Positions 12,501 through 25,205 are shown, counted from the first letter of the stretch. The stretch is 62,389 nt of DNA from Toensbergia leucococca (GCA_022813965.1 JALDZS010000146.1:1-62389); one strand, 5' to 3'. Notes: a model not told the origin generated them from the letters alone. Translations and numbers: made by a program.

Positions 12501-13462
12501 ACGGAGCAGCTCGGTAAGCTTGTAGAAGCCAATGTAGCAGCCGTCAACATGACGGGTTGGATCGCCGGCATAGTCGATAAGTTGCACCAAGACCATAGTG
12601 CTCTAACGGACTATGGTGTCCACATGGTTAGAAGGTTACTAGATAGCGGCTTGGGAACGAAAGAGATCACCTGGTCTCAGATTTTGCCAACTGCCGGCGC
12701 CATGGTTGCAAATCAAGCTCAAGTGGTAAGAGTCCGCTCTCGAGACCGATTGAATCAACCACTAACGCATTTAGTTTACGCAATTGCTCGACTTTTATCT
12801 TTCAGACGAAGGAAAGATGCACCTGCCAGAGATAAATCGTCTCGCAAAGGCGGATACCCCTGAAGCAGACGATAAACTTCTGCACTACTGTATGGAGGGA
12901 ATCAGACTCAATGGCACATTTAGCTCCTATCGTGAAGCCACTACTTCTATGACCATCAATGATGGAGGGAGACAAGTATCAGTCAAGCCTGGTGACAAAG
13001 TTTTCTGCAGCTTCGTCAGTGCCTTTTCTTATTCTAGGTTGATAACTTATGAAGCACTAACTCTTCATCAAGGTTGGAGCGGCACGCGAACCCGAGTTCT
13101 TTCCATCACCTGATACTGTCCGTATAGACAGACCTCTCGAGTCGTATATCCATTACGGGGATGGTCCACACGCATGCCTTGGCAAAGATGCAAGTATGAC
13201 GGCCTTGACGGCCATGCTGAAGGTTGTCGGAAGATTAGACAATTTAAGACGTGCACCTGGACCTGTAGGGCAGCTCAAGAAAATCCCACGGCCAGGAGGA
13301 TTCTATATCTACATGCGAGAGGATCATGGTAGCTATTGGCCATTCCCGACGAGTAAGTGAAGCCTGTAGACACGGAATTGAGAACAAGGCTGACTTGAGA
13401 CATGTCTATTAGCGATGAAAATCAACTGGGATGGAGATTTACCCGGACCTAAAGGGCTGTGA
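9588..13462 (+). CDS. ppoC: Linoleate dioxygenase-cytochrome P450 fusion (PpoC / 10R-DOX type); 9 introns
   Basis: N-terminus MLRRISASF; peroxidase motifs LIIHDLFQTDH, DYLRTIV and EFNLAYRWH; P450 part with ANQAQ, EGIR and heme motif YGDGPHACLG; ends WDGDLPGPKGL*. Confidence 0.92.
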
Positions 13463-14609
13463 TGGTATGTCCGGTCACACTCTTAAAAGAAAGATATTGA
13501 GATGGTTGCCTTCGCACGGCTCTTTTTTTCTCTCTTGGGTTGCCAACCTGGCTTTAACAATTGTTGGTTCTGTTGGAGATTCCCTTGTATTAATGTCTGT
13601 ACGAATCATCACTCAGCTTTAGCTAAACAAGTCATACATCTCTAACCTACCCATGTACTTGGTAAAATGTTGATTTTGCATTCGTATGGATGATGCATCG
13701 GTTTTCATCGCTCCAGATGGCATGTTTCAAGACAAGGCCATCGTTCAAGGCCAAAGGCCTTACTCCCTGATGATACCATGACGCCAAAGTAGTCAGGTGC
13801 GATTTCTTCCAATGTTCGAGGCAAAGAAAAGTCCTGTACCCCACCTCAGAAAGAATAAAATGCGTATTATGGCTAAATAATTGTCCAATGGCGACAATCG
13901 ATGCACTAATGTTTGAGGAGCAAAACTTGGTAAGGTTTAGGATCGATATTTATATAAATAGAAGATCATTATATGAGGAATAGGTGATCATTTGAATAGA
14001 TGAATTTTGGATTAACTAGTAGATCGAAAGACTCTCTATTTGATGAATACTTTTGATGGGATACCACCTCATCTATATACCTAACTCCCAATGAAAACAC
14101 AAGCCAAATGGAAACATATGAGGGGATTATTTCCGAGCTGATCCGTCAGGGCATATGGAGTCACATGACTTCCCCTTGGCAGACTCCTCATTTTCCCCTC
14201 ATCTTTCCATGGTATTCGCGATTTACTGGATAACATCAACAAAACTCAACGGCCATTTGGAGCTTTCAGTCAGCTCACTCTCAAATATATAACTTTAACA
14301 TGAGCAAGCCAGAACTTGGTTGAGTTTACAGAATACCTTGACTGTAGTAAGACTGTACTAAATTTCATCTCGTCTTATCCCTCATCTGGATAGTGTGATC
14401 ATACGAGATCAAAAATGATGTGGCATGCTGCCACCATTTTATGTGAATTACATATATATCCTGTTAATGTTGCTCATCAAATTTACATGCGGCTCCTTGT
14501 GATGCTTTCCATGGGCCTACTTTAGGCCTTGTTCATCCTCTCTATTCAACAAATTTTCAACGTCTTGAGCCATTACATTCATTTATCTTTTTCCAGCCGA
14601 CTCGGCGCC

Positions 14610-15340
14610 ATGTTGAGAACTCTTTTTCCAGAATCCCTTGCTCTGCTCCTATTCCTTTTCATTGTCGGGTACCCAGGCCAAGTCTCAGCGGATAGTATTA
14701 GCCAAACATATTGCTTCTGTAACACCGAGTCAACCGATGGTTTTGTCGACACGGTCAGCTATCGCAATGATCTAATTGCGAAAACATACGAATGGAGCGA
14801 TGTCTGTTCAACGATACGAAATTCAACAGACAGGTAATGCTCAAATCAACCTCGACTCCATTGGCTCCTGTTTATTTTCACAAGACTCTCCTGACTGATT
14901 CTCAACGCAGTGGCTTGTGTGTACGCAAGTCTAAGAACGTTAAACAACAACGCTGTCACCGATTCACAGATAACCACCAAGTCTGTTTGTTTCCCAACAA
15001 TCGCGGAAGCCACTTTTCCTTTGATGGTCGGACCGAGCGAATGCATCGAAGCCATAGAAATAAAGATGTGACGCATCTTGACTGTACAGAAACATGTCGG
15101 AAAAAGTACAATCCAGAATCGGTTTCGGTCTGCAATAGAACAGTCGACGGCGTCCCAATATTGCCCTGGGGCCAATGTTGGATGCCTACGGACGATCTCA
15201 AACGAAATCCCTATAACTGCACAGACTCAGAGAATTATTGTCGAACTATTTCCTGGAACCATATACATCAATGGAAACCTAAGCATCACGCGGGTGAAGG
15301 TCGTGGTGGTGGATCGGATAATTGGGACAACGGGGATTAG
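14610..15340 (+). CDS. Small secreted cysteine-rich protein (~217 aa, 12 Cys); intron 14834-14910
   Basis: Hydrophobic signal peptide (SLALLLFLFIVGYPGQVSA); the GTAATG...CTGAC...CAG intron joins two ORFs in frame. Confidence 0.75.
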
Positions 15341-15971
15341 GAATATGTCATAGTAGGCACTTCTTCAGCCTGGAGTCCAAGGATTAGGGCAATACTCTAC
15401 TGCTAGAGGAGAATCGCTATGGCCATATTATAATTGAACTGCGATGATTTGGGGATCAACATAGGGTCTGAGGGGGAGAAGCGGACTTTTGATAGGATTC
15501 CTTCAATCAAGCGGTTCTTGTATCGAGGAGAGTAGTCGGAGCGTCACGGCGTGTTGTTGATGTTCAGTTGGGTATGACGCAGAGCCTGATATCAGTGCCT
15601 ATTCTAGCATTCACCTCTCAGCCAAAGTGAATGAGTGATTCGTCACCATGCTCATTACTTGGTCCCTTGGCACCTGTCTGCTTTCCTTTTGTGATGATGC
15701 AATTCAGCGGAAGTCAACATCAACACAATATTACCCGCTCTCGCCATCAAGTTGAAATTGCAGTCTGTCTTGTAGACTGATTGCAACAAGAGACGGAACC
15801 AACTTATTCTATCTTAATTTGTTATCTTCACATGCTAGTAGCACCCATCCAATCAGAGCCTGCATATGGAGATTTGCGGATCGCCTGACCAGCGCAATTA
15901 GCTTGACGCCGTCAAGAGCAAACCCTTGCAATCTACCGGCAGCGTAACTATTGTGGGCATAGTGGCATAGT

Positions 15972-17075
15972 ATGGCGTCGTCGCATTCCTCGATGGACCG
16001 CAGCCCCACCAACGGCGACATCGGTGCAATCCTGGAATTCAAGAAGAAGGCATTGTCACCCATCGACCGGTCGCGCCCAAGTCTCCTGTCAGCGTCGTTG
16101 GCAGCCACGCCCACAGCATCATCGTCATACTCGTATCGATATCCGCACCACGCCCCTCGCTCGCCAAAGACGACGATTATCACTGCCACCCGACCCCGGA
16201 ACCTAGCCCGCGTGCCAAGCATCACCATCCGAGTAGCGGGACTTTCAGGAAATCTTTCCGACTCCGACATTAATAATTCTTATTCTCCCGTCACCTCATC
16301 CACCACAGCACCCATTGCTATTCCGACTCCTCGCCTGAGAAAATCACGTCCTACTACTCCTCTTACCGCTCGCGAAGAGAAAGGCCACTACTTCCCTTAC
16401 CTTGACACGAGCCCTAAGAAGCCCCAGATCAGCAAGTCGCTGAAACCAACCTACCAACATCCAGCCAAACGATCCCCCAACATCATCACTCCTTATCAAT
16501 CCGAGATATCTCTCGTCGATATGACTCAAGACAAGAAATCATCGCTCTACCCTCCATCCTCACCACTTTCTCCAAACATGCCTAGCTCCGTTCTTCCACC
16601 TTTGCAATCCACCCGCCCACATTCTCGCCAAGCACCACAGCATCTCAATCTAGGACGATTCCATCCTCTAAACTATCAATCTCCCAATTCCAGCATTCCA
16701 AATACACCCAGAACCCCTCGTCCTACCAGCTCCCATCGTCAATTCTCAGAGGCTCAGAACAAAGTCCACCAGCTCCAGCGCGAGCTCGTCACCAACGCTA
16801 CAAAAGGCTCCCTCCCAACTTCCGCGAAGCTTGCCGCCGAGCCCAATTCTCCACGCTTGGGTCCACTGAGAAGTCCAGGTCTACCGATGACGCCATTGGC
16901 ACTGGAAGGACAGGGTGGTTACTTTGTTGCTGGCGTTGAAGGTTCATCGGCGGGACTCAAAGAGGGAGAGATCGTCGACAAGATGATACGGAAGGAGAAC
17001 CAGCGGATACGACACGCTAGGCCTCACTCAGGGAGACACTCTCCTGTCGTGAGTCCGGCTGGCGGACGCTGCTGA
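15972..17075 (+). CDS. Ser/Pro-rich conserved hypothetical protein, 367 aa
   Basis: Long single ORF; motifs RFHPLNY and SPRLGPLRSPGLPMTPLALE resemble a Pezizomycotina hypothetical family. Confidence 0.75.
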   Translation: MASSHSSMDRSPTNGDIGAILEFKKKALSPIDRSRPSLLSASLAATPTASSSYSYRYPHHAPRSPKTTIITATRPRNLARVPSITIRVAGLSGNLSDSDINNSYSPVTSSTTAPIAIPTPRLRKSRPTTPLTAREEKGHYFPYLDTSPKKPQISKSLKPTYQHPAKRSPNIITPYQSEISLVDMTQDKKSSLYPPSSPLSPNMPSSVLPPLQSTRPHSRQAPQHLNLGRFHPLNYQSPNSSIPNTPRTPRPTSSHRQFSEAQNKVHQLQRELVTNATKGSLPTSAKLAAEPNSPRLGPLRSPGLPMTPLALEGQGGYFVAGVEGSSAGLKEGEIVDKMIRKENQRIRHARPHSGRHSPVVSPAGGRC

Positions 17076-18119
17076 GACTTTGAGATGAATGATCTCGGGT
17101 TATACGACCTCGTATCAGCCTCAGTGTACAAGCAACCCACAACCTTGGACACCACCATCCAAATGACGTCTCTTACAACCGACCTTTCTTTTCTCAGACC
17201 GAAAAAACCACCAGGATTGCCGATACCCCGTTTAACGAATCAAGACTCTTAGCACAAGCATTGATACACCACCTACAGGCGTTTAAGTAGATATACCCTC
17301 TTTTATTCCCAGCGAGCATTAGCAGATTGCTTTCTCTAAAGTGCATCACTACAGGGGCAAACCGAGCGGGTGATGTTGCGGATCTAGCCGGGTCAAAGAA
17401 GGAGCATTGCCATCACTGGCTACGGATATCCTGTGCTCTTGACGAATTATGCTAACAAGCTGGGATGAATTTTTTTTTTCAATATTGATACCCCCCAACA
17501 CTCCACTCTACTCGAGCCGCCGAATGGCTTTTTTGCTGCAGGCTGTACTCGTATGATAGATAGTTCAGAATCATTCATAGCTTAAAATGGCTGTTTAGAC
17601 CAGACATTCTGGGAAAAAATCACCCTTCTTGAAAATATAATCACGACCCCTCGGGGGACTTTCTTCCAAGAATCCCCCCCATCCGAAACTACCCGACCGA
17701 CAGATCACGGACCTATCTCCAGCTCCTCGCACCCACCCATTCCCCAGCTTTCCATCCCCCTGGGTCCACAACTCCCGCGTACGTAGTTCCAACCACCCCG
17801 GCTCTTGCTGCAGGGTCCTGTCAGACTCGTGTCCGTTATAGATTGAGATCGGCACGATAAAGGTGCTCGAAGCTCAACGTATTCTACACACCGCCTCTTT
17901 TCTTGACCTTTTTGTTTACTGTCTACGAGCTACTTTGCGCATTTTAGCTACCTACCTACCTACTCTAGCATCTGGATTTGGGCTGTAATGTATTTGAGAT
18001 CTGATCTTAGATTACCTTAGAGTAGGTTCGGTTGTTTAGTTTGGACTACAATCAATCTTTGACTCCACTATGATCCGACGTTAAAGTGTTAATAGTTCCT
18101 CATTCGCTCAAATGGGCCC

Positions 18120-19040
18120 CCCTTTTTTTTTGAGCTGCAGGGTCTAGAATTTCCCTGGAGCTTTCGATGGGTGTGGGGTTGGGTGGGGTAGGTTACATTT
18201 TTTTTTTTTGGTTTTTTTTTTGGGACGGGGGGGGTTTGGGGGGGGGGTTGATTTGATTGATTGATTGATTGATTGATTGCATGATTGTTGGGGTTTTTTT
18301 CTAGGGGGGAGGGGGAGGGGGTGGTGTATGCGTGTGTGCGTGTGTTGTGAGAGAGGCGAGGGAGGGGGAGGGGGGAAGTTGAAGCGGGAGGGAGGGAGGT
18401 AAGGTGAGGTTGCATTGAGCTGTAGATATCGCTTCAGATTTGGTGTTGTGGATTTTTTTGGAGACGCTGTTTTAAGGTGATTGAGACACGCGGCTTTTAG
18501 GTTGTCTTGATGCTGCTTTTTGTACGGATTGGTGGTTTTTGTATTGTGGTTTAAGCCCCGGGGTGGGGGGAGGGCTGGCGAATGGAGTTGGAAAGGAATA
18601 AAGGGTGAGGAGATGAAGCTTTGAGTTTTTGGGAAAGAGGGTCACGGTTTTTTTTTGAAGTTTTGAGTTGTGATAAAGAGGGTTGTTGAGATGTAGGATG
18701 GGAGAACCTCATCCTCTCATTCCCTTTCTCCCCCGTCTCAGCCCTCCCCTCCTCCTCACAAGCAACAAACCCCCTTTCCCCTTCCTCCTTCTCTCTTCTC
18801 TCCCTCCTCTCTCCTCTCTCCCTCCCTCCCTCACACCCCCCAGCAAAAACCCCCCATCACATCCTCACATTCTCACACCCCTCCCCTCCCCACTCTTCAC
18901 ACCTCTCCCTCCACCCCCTCAACATCCTCCTCCCCACACAACGACCCCCTCTCCCCTCTCCCCTCCCCCCACCTCCCCCAAAACCTCAACCCTCATCACC
19001 TTCACTCACCCTTCCCCCGAGATATTCTTCAACACGAAAA
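18120..19040. repeat. Low-complexity tract: G/T-rich arm switching to a C-rich arm; includes (GATT)n
   Basis: G-runs and a GATT microsatellite at ~18160-18420; CT-rich tract ~18710-19020; homopolymer runs. Confidence 0.8.
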
Positions 19041-19682
19041 TTATTTAAAAAAAAAAACAAGAATAGAAATTGCGTAAATTAAGTAAAAATGAGCAACAAA
19101 AAGTTGAAACTGTATCCATCTCTCGAGCATGCGAGTGGTTGAAAGGGGGAAGGAAGGAGGAGGGGCTGCATTGCATCGATTTTCTTTTGGGTGGAGTTGG
19201 TTCTAGGACTGGACGGACTGGGCTAGAGAGGAGGGGGAGAAAAAAGATAGGAGAGCCATCTTCAACGCCACCACCCTCCTCACAACAGAAAAAACCCAAA
19301 GTTATATATGCAGGTAGCTCCACCTCTCAGCAATTCCATGTATTCACTCTCTCTGAGAAGTGGGGGGGAGAAAAAAAAAGTAAATACACCGGACCGGCTC
19401 CCCATCACAACGCCATCATCATCCTCATCATCAACAACAGCACCTTGTGGCAAAAAAAAAACATGACGAATTGTCCCTGTCATCAAGCACATCAAGTGCA
19501 ATGCAAAAACAAATGAAAAATCCTCATGCCGATTCCCTTTGTCAATCCAGCAAAAGCCCAAGTCCAATCCAACGAGCAACAACAAGCACAATCCTGATAT
19601 GTCATACCGCATACTAGCAGAAGCAACTCATTCACCCGACAATTGTTCTTCACAGTGTGATGCACAAGGAAAACGTCCCACG

Positions 19683-21847
19683 TCAAGACTTGGCTCTCGC
19701 AGTAGCAACCACACCCACACTACCCACCCTCCCACTCGTTTTTCGCACTCCACTTTTCACCTCCCTGCTTTCCGCGCTTCTCCGCGTGGGACTGCCTCGT
19801 ACTTTTCCAACGCCCAGACTCCCGCTTCCGCTGCCACTCTTGGTACTCCCTGGTGTTTTGGGTCGGGGATTTTTATCCGCTGCATGTGACTCCCGCGTCC
19901 AATTCTCTACATCCGACATGGGTCCTTCGGCGTCAGCGCCGTCTAACGAGCTATATTTCATGCTGGTTGTCGTTGTAGTCGTGTAACTAATAGCTCTTCC
20001 CTTTTCATTACTGAGCGGAGACCTAGAGCTCGTGCGCCGACTTAGCATTTTCAGCTGCCATTCTTCTTCGCTGCCGTCCTCGCCTTGGCCCTGGCTAATT
20101 CGGTGGCTTGTCATCTCGACAACCTCGTTTTCAGGCTTATCGGCCTCGCTCTCAACAACACAATTTACCGAGGGAGCTCGCGAATATGGGTGATGTCGAG
20201 ATTCTATCCTAGTCCCTTTCCGAGGTTGCCCTGGTGTTGGCGCTGGGAGATTCTCATCCATTGCATTGGGCGCAGAGTTGGTTTCATTGTTGTCAATCTC
20301 GCCCAGAGCAGATCGTGACCCTTCTTGGCTACCCTTTGGAGGCGTCGCAGTCTGACCATTGTTTAACATCCTTCGTCTATAAGCTGATGACTTTGTTGGC
20401 GTCGATGGCAAGACCAAAGCAAGCTTTTCCCTCGTTGTATCTTCAAACCACCACTCGCGGAAGGTTCCCTGATTCAAGTGTAACCAATGCTGCTGAGGTC
20501 CGACAACCATACCAGGTCGCATAAAACGCATAAAGGCAATAATCTCATTTGCCGTAAAGCCGTGGCGGTATATGAGGTATGCACCAATCAGGCAGCCCGT
20601 TCGACCAAGGCCTGCCTTGCAATGAACGGCTATTGCCTTCTTCTGGTTGATCATTTCGTGAGCGAGCTTGATGAATTTTCTGACCATAGGCATAGGCGGG
20701 CAGGTACCATCATCAAATATCATGTCCATATGGTTGATTCCCATCGCTGTGAAATATGATGGCGAGTAAAGTTCAGAGTTTAGCCGGACGATGAGTCCAA
20801 TATTGCGAGTCGCAAAATGGGTCAGAACATTCTTAAAAGGGGTTGGAAGGTTAGATGATTCCACGTCCGACACGCTCGACGGTAGAGTCGCGTATAATGG
20901 AGACGAAGTGGGTATCGGAGCTACAAACTGACGAACTTTATCCAAGTATTCTTTAGAAATTGGTCCGCCAGCGGTGCCGCTGGGATGGGTGGGTCCGGTT
21001 GATTTAGGTACTGGCGGTAGATGTTGAGGAGAGGCGAGCGCAAGAAAGTCTGGTGTGAGCCAGTTGAAATCTCCCATATCTACCCTCTCGTATTTTTCAT
21101 ACCTGTGACAGCTTTAGCAGACAGTCAGACCGAGGGAAATGCAGAACTCACTCTTCTAGACTAAAGTCCTTGAATCCACACAGACCTTTCTCTTTAGCCT
21201 TCCATACTCCGTATACAACATCTTGGACGTTAATGACGAAATCTGCTTGACTATACCCGGCATCTCGGAAAGGCATCAGTGGGGGATCGGCTTGAGCAAT
21301 TGGTGCCAATGCCAAGTGCGGTGGCCACGACTGTATTAAAACCATGTAGCATGCTAACAGACATGCTGCATTTGCCCTACTTCTTGACTCTGCTTTACTC
21401 CAGAACACGACACCTCGGCCGGTGTTGGCTGGGTCTCCCAGAACCTCGTGTAATTCGACAGCAAACCGATATAAATGACCGATGTGAAGAGGTCCAAAGT
21501 CTAGATGGAACTTATTATAGAGAAGGTAATCATCTATCGAAAAGTAGGCCGGAGGATGTACTTTAGGGCCAGTGGATGTAGCGATTGGAGTGGGGCCACG
21601 TTGCGACTTTGAAGACCGCTTTTGAGGAGACTTAATAGGTGGTGCAGGATATGGGAAAGGCGTCGAGGCATTCGGAGGGTGGGTATAAGAAGCAAGGTAG
21701 AGTCGATCTGTTGTCAATAACGTCAGTGACTTGGATGAAGCAAATGTTGGGTCGCAACGGTAGTTCCTGACCTTGAATATACTCAATGACTTGTCCAAAG
21801 CTTGTAGTCGCAGGCGAAGCGGGCATTCTTGCCGCAAGGGGCGGCAT
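19683..21847 (-). CDS. CDC14: Dual-specificity protein phosphatase Cdc14; 2 introns
   Basis: GQVIEYIQ/DRLYLAS start, FHLDFGPLHIG, PFRDAGYS, GDFNWL and catalytic HCKAGLGRTG. Confidence 0.96.
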
Positions 21848-22193
21848 TGTAATCGAAGTGCCAGCAGTCGTGAGTCAGGCTCAAAGCAGGGCCTATTGAT
21901 CAAGGCTGCTCTTGCGCTCGCTGGCTAAGACTCTCTGCGAATGATCCCGGATGGCTGGGAACGGTCGCAATTACCTACCTAGCTTGCAAAAAGGGTGGAT
22001 GGAGTAAGCATATACTTGAACGATAAAATAAAATCAATACCGCTGTTTTGCAGGAGGAAGCTGTGGTCGTTGCCAAGTGTGGTAGGGAGTAAGGTACGTA
22101 ATTGATAAACAACCAAAAAGTGCTAACCATTGGCGGGGTAACGGACTCGATGTGGAAAGTTAGAAACACAACAATAACATCACCCGTACTAAA

Positions 22194-22638
22194 ATGGCTA
22201 GTGATAACGCTGATCCCAACTTCCCTTGCTCGCTGTGAGTCTCTCCGAGATACGAATCATTCAGTCATAGTATACCAGATTAATCATAGTAGGGTCCTCT
22301 CAATTCCCCTTCCAACCTATCGTTTGGCATCATCCGCACTGCGTGCTCTGGAAGTTGATGCAGAACTATCCCCGCTCGTACAGCGTTCTTTTTCCCTCAC
22401 TGCTCCAGAATATACTACCTCTCGCACGGTTGCCAAACATGTGAACGACTCTCGGAACTTGATCGATCATGCAAGCCCAGGAGCGGAAGAGAGGACCATT
22501 CTTCGAACGGAATACAAAGCTACTACCAATCGTATGCTTCGGGTGGCCGTAAATGGCTTCATGGAAAGCCTTGGCGTCATTTTGGAAGTGATGCAGGAAC
22601 TAGACGTTGATGTGCTGGTTGAAGGTGGACTATCATAG
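22194..22638 (+). CDS. PCC1: EKC/KEOPS complex subunit Pcc1; intron 22235-22292
   Basis: NFPCSL/VLSIPLPTYRLASSALRALEVDAELS...YKATTNRMLRVAVNGFMESL. Confidence 0.85.
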
Positions 22639-23310
22639 AAGCTGTACGGAGTTAAGGTGACTTGAATCATAAAATGGTCCAGAGACACCCTCTGCCGCCC
22701 TCTTCTCGGTCGTTTGGAACGTAGTGGGAAATAGTCAAAAGGAGGGTCTCTATTCGGTTTCTGAATGAGAACACATTCAAAGAGGTCATCGACAGAGTAC
22801 TGAGCCATCTCTAACACGACACTGGCAGGGTCGGATATCTACCTTTTCCAAGGCTTAAGGGAAAGAATGCTTCCGTTGTTATCTCCTTGGACATCTATGT
22901 ACGTTATAGTGTTTACCTCGAATATCTCTGCCAGTAAGAAGGGCATCATAATGTAACAAGACAGGTTCTCGATAACATATTCCGACCAATTCCGTTGTAA
23001 TTACACAATGAGCCCGTAGAATGAAGATCGACTTGATGAGTATAATACTACTCTCTATATTGGTGTCTAGACCATGATTGATTGTTGAGCATTCCCTTGA
23101 TCTATGCGAATACTTCATCAGACTTACAAGTATATCTATTGTACATTCGATATGTCAAAAGCCCTGTGAGAAATTAATCGTTCTTTAGTCTCTAGTGGCA
23201 TGGGTATTCTGAACAGCAGGGGTAATGCTAAAGCTATTCATTTCATAGGTATAAAAAGGAGGGTATTTCCCAAGCATGTCCATAGTCTCTTGTGTGAGTG
23301 TTCGACCTGC

Positions 23311-25205
23311 TTATGGGTCCTGTCTGACACTACCAAGAGCAATCTCTACAGCCACTTCTTGCCTTGAGACCTTTGGGCTGTTGCGAGTATCTTGTGAGAG
23401 TGATTGACCTGCTGGTTGACCTTGTCTTTCCTTACCACTAACCTTCAATTTCTCCCTACGTGTAAATCCGAAGCGGGTACCTGGAGCATCCAGCTTTGTC
23501 TGTGAGACGATACCCAGCTGCTGAGCACCAACATATCCTGTGCCATCAAAGTTGGCGACCTCGATCTTCAAACTCATACCTTCTGTTGAATGAGCTCCGA
23601 AATGGTTCGCGGCATGAAGGTATCCTGGTGGTTCCGCGTTATCTGCTCGAGAGGAGTCTGGAACAGGCATAGAATCAATTGCTGACGATAGAGTGCCAAA
23701 CTCAATTGACAGACGGCCTTGCGTCTCTAATTTGAAGCCGTTCAATGTTTTGGTCTTTTCTGCTGTTTTAGTTAAAGACCGTTTGCATGTTAAGAACTCA
23801 ACTACATCTCCAGGTCGGACGACTTCGCCGAGTGCTTCGCGTTTCTCCGCTTCCAAGTCCTCACCATCTCCATAGCTTTGCTTAGGGTTTCCATATTCAT
23901 GGCCATAGTCACAATTTGGATCAAGGGATAATAGACCCTGTTTGGTTCCCCAGCCCCCACCACCACTGAGGACCTTATGGATTCGAGACCCGGCTTCGAT
24001 AGCGGATTCAATCTTTGCAGCCCTAACTTGAGGTCGACCTGTCCAATTTTCACTAGGTGTTATTAATGCCCAAATGTCAATACGCTGGGTGGGAATATTT
24101 CGAAGCTCGAAATATAGTTGTATCGCTTTCTCGAGCTCTTCAGATGCAGGCACGATTCTTGAACCGTCACCGCCCGTCCGGAGTGCTCTCAGAATGTTGC
24201 CTACGCCCTTATCAACATAATAAGGAACAGTGATTGGTTCGAGCGCAGAGGTCAGTTGAAATCTTGGGTCATCCCCGGCGATACCCGCATACTTGACGAT
24301 ACCATCCATCTGCAGCGTTTGTTCTGATAGCAAGGTCTTCCTGGTACGGAGGAATTCAGGTCGGGAGTTTAACGTGCCTGTAATGACCCAGCGTTGAGCA
24401 ATCATTGTTGAAGATTTTCCGTTATGGAAAAGAGTATTGGCCAATGGTAATTGCAGACTACGCGATATGAACGGCCTCTGGACAAATCCCCTTTCAGGGG
24501 AGAAAGACATCTTCAAACGATGAGGTTCGAAGACAAATGAGAGTGTACTACGTTGCTCGATGCTCATCCTCTCTTGCGCTTTTGTATCATCTCGAGGAGA
24601 CCATAGATCGCGCGCAGCAACCTCGGAGTCCATGGCACACATAGAGAGACCCTCAGGTCCATCGCCATCGCCTCCTAGGTTGATTCTGGCGTAAGGGCGT
24701 GATACGCGATCTACCACTGCGGCTAGAACATCGAACTCCTGTCCCACGTAGGGCTTATGATACGCTTGGCTAAGTACATGAGGTAACCAGTCTTGCCCTT
24801 CCTCCAGGAGCTTAGAGAGTGACGGAGTGACAAGAAGGACGAGTAAGGGAGTCTTGCCACGTTTCAATACAGTCTTTTGAATGGGAAAGTCGAAGCTTCC
24901 TGATTTCTGCACGCATCATGCAGTCAAGTCATTAGCGACAGCAGTATTAGTGAAGATTACCAAAAGGTTCAACTACGTACGAATATTGACGGGTCACGTG
25001 TCAAGATGGAGCAACAAAGTGGAGTAGCCGGGTGCAGCTCTCCGTCACCGGCATTCTCTTGCTTTCCTTGCTGTCGAGGTGCCAAGGCTTTGGAGAAAGG
25101 TTTTTTCTGACAACATATTGGCCCACGAGAAGTTGGGTGACATATTCTGAAAAGTTGACGAAGACAGGCAAGTTTCCTCATGGGTAGAGAGGTCAGTAGT
25201 AGCAT
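23311..25205 (-). CDS. Conserved fungal hypothetical protein, probably mitochondrial; intron 24980-24907
   Basis: Exons of 75 and 532 codons join in frame; Arg-rich N-terminus; motifs LPLANTLFHNG, GNILR, PASEELE and VLSGGGGWGTKQGLLSLDP. Confidence 0.8.

Noticed and set aside
17100..17500. Repeated GATACC-like motifs in the 3' UTR
   Set aside because: Too short and variable to support without genome-wide statistics.
18089..19516. Pro-rich and other short ORFs
   Set aside because: By-products of low-complexity skewed sequence; no domain or splice support.
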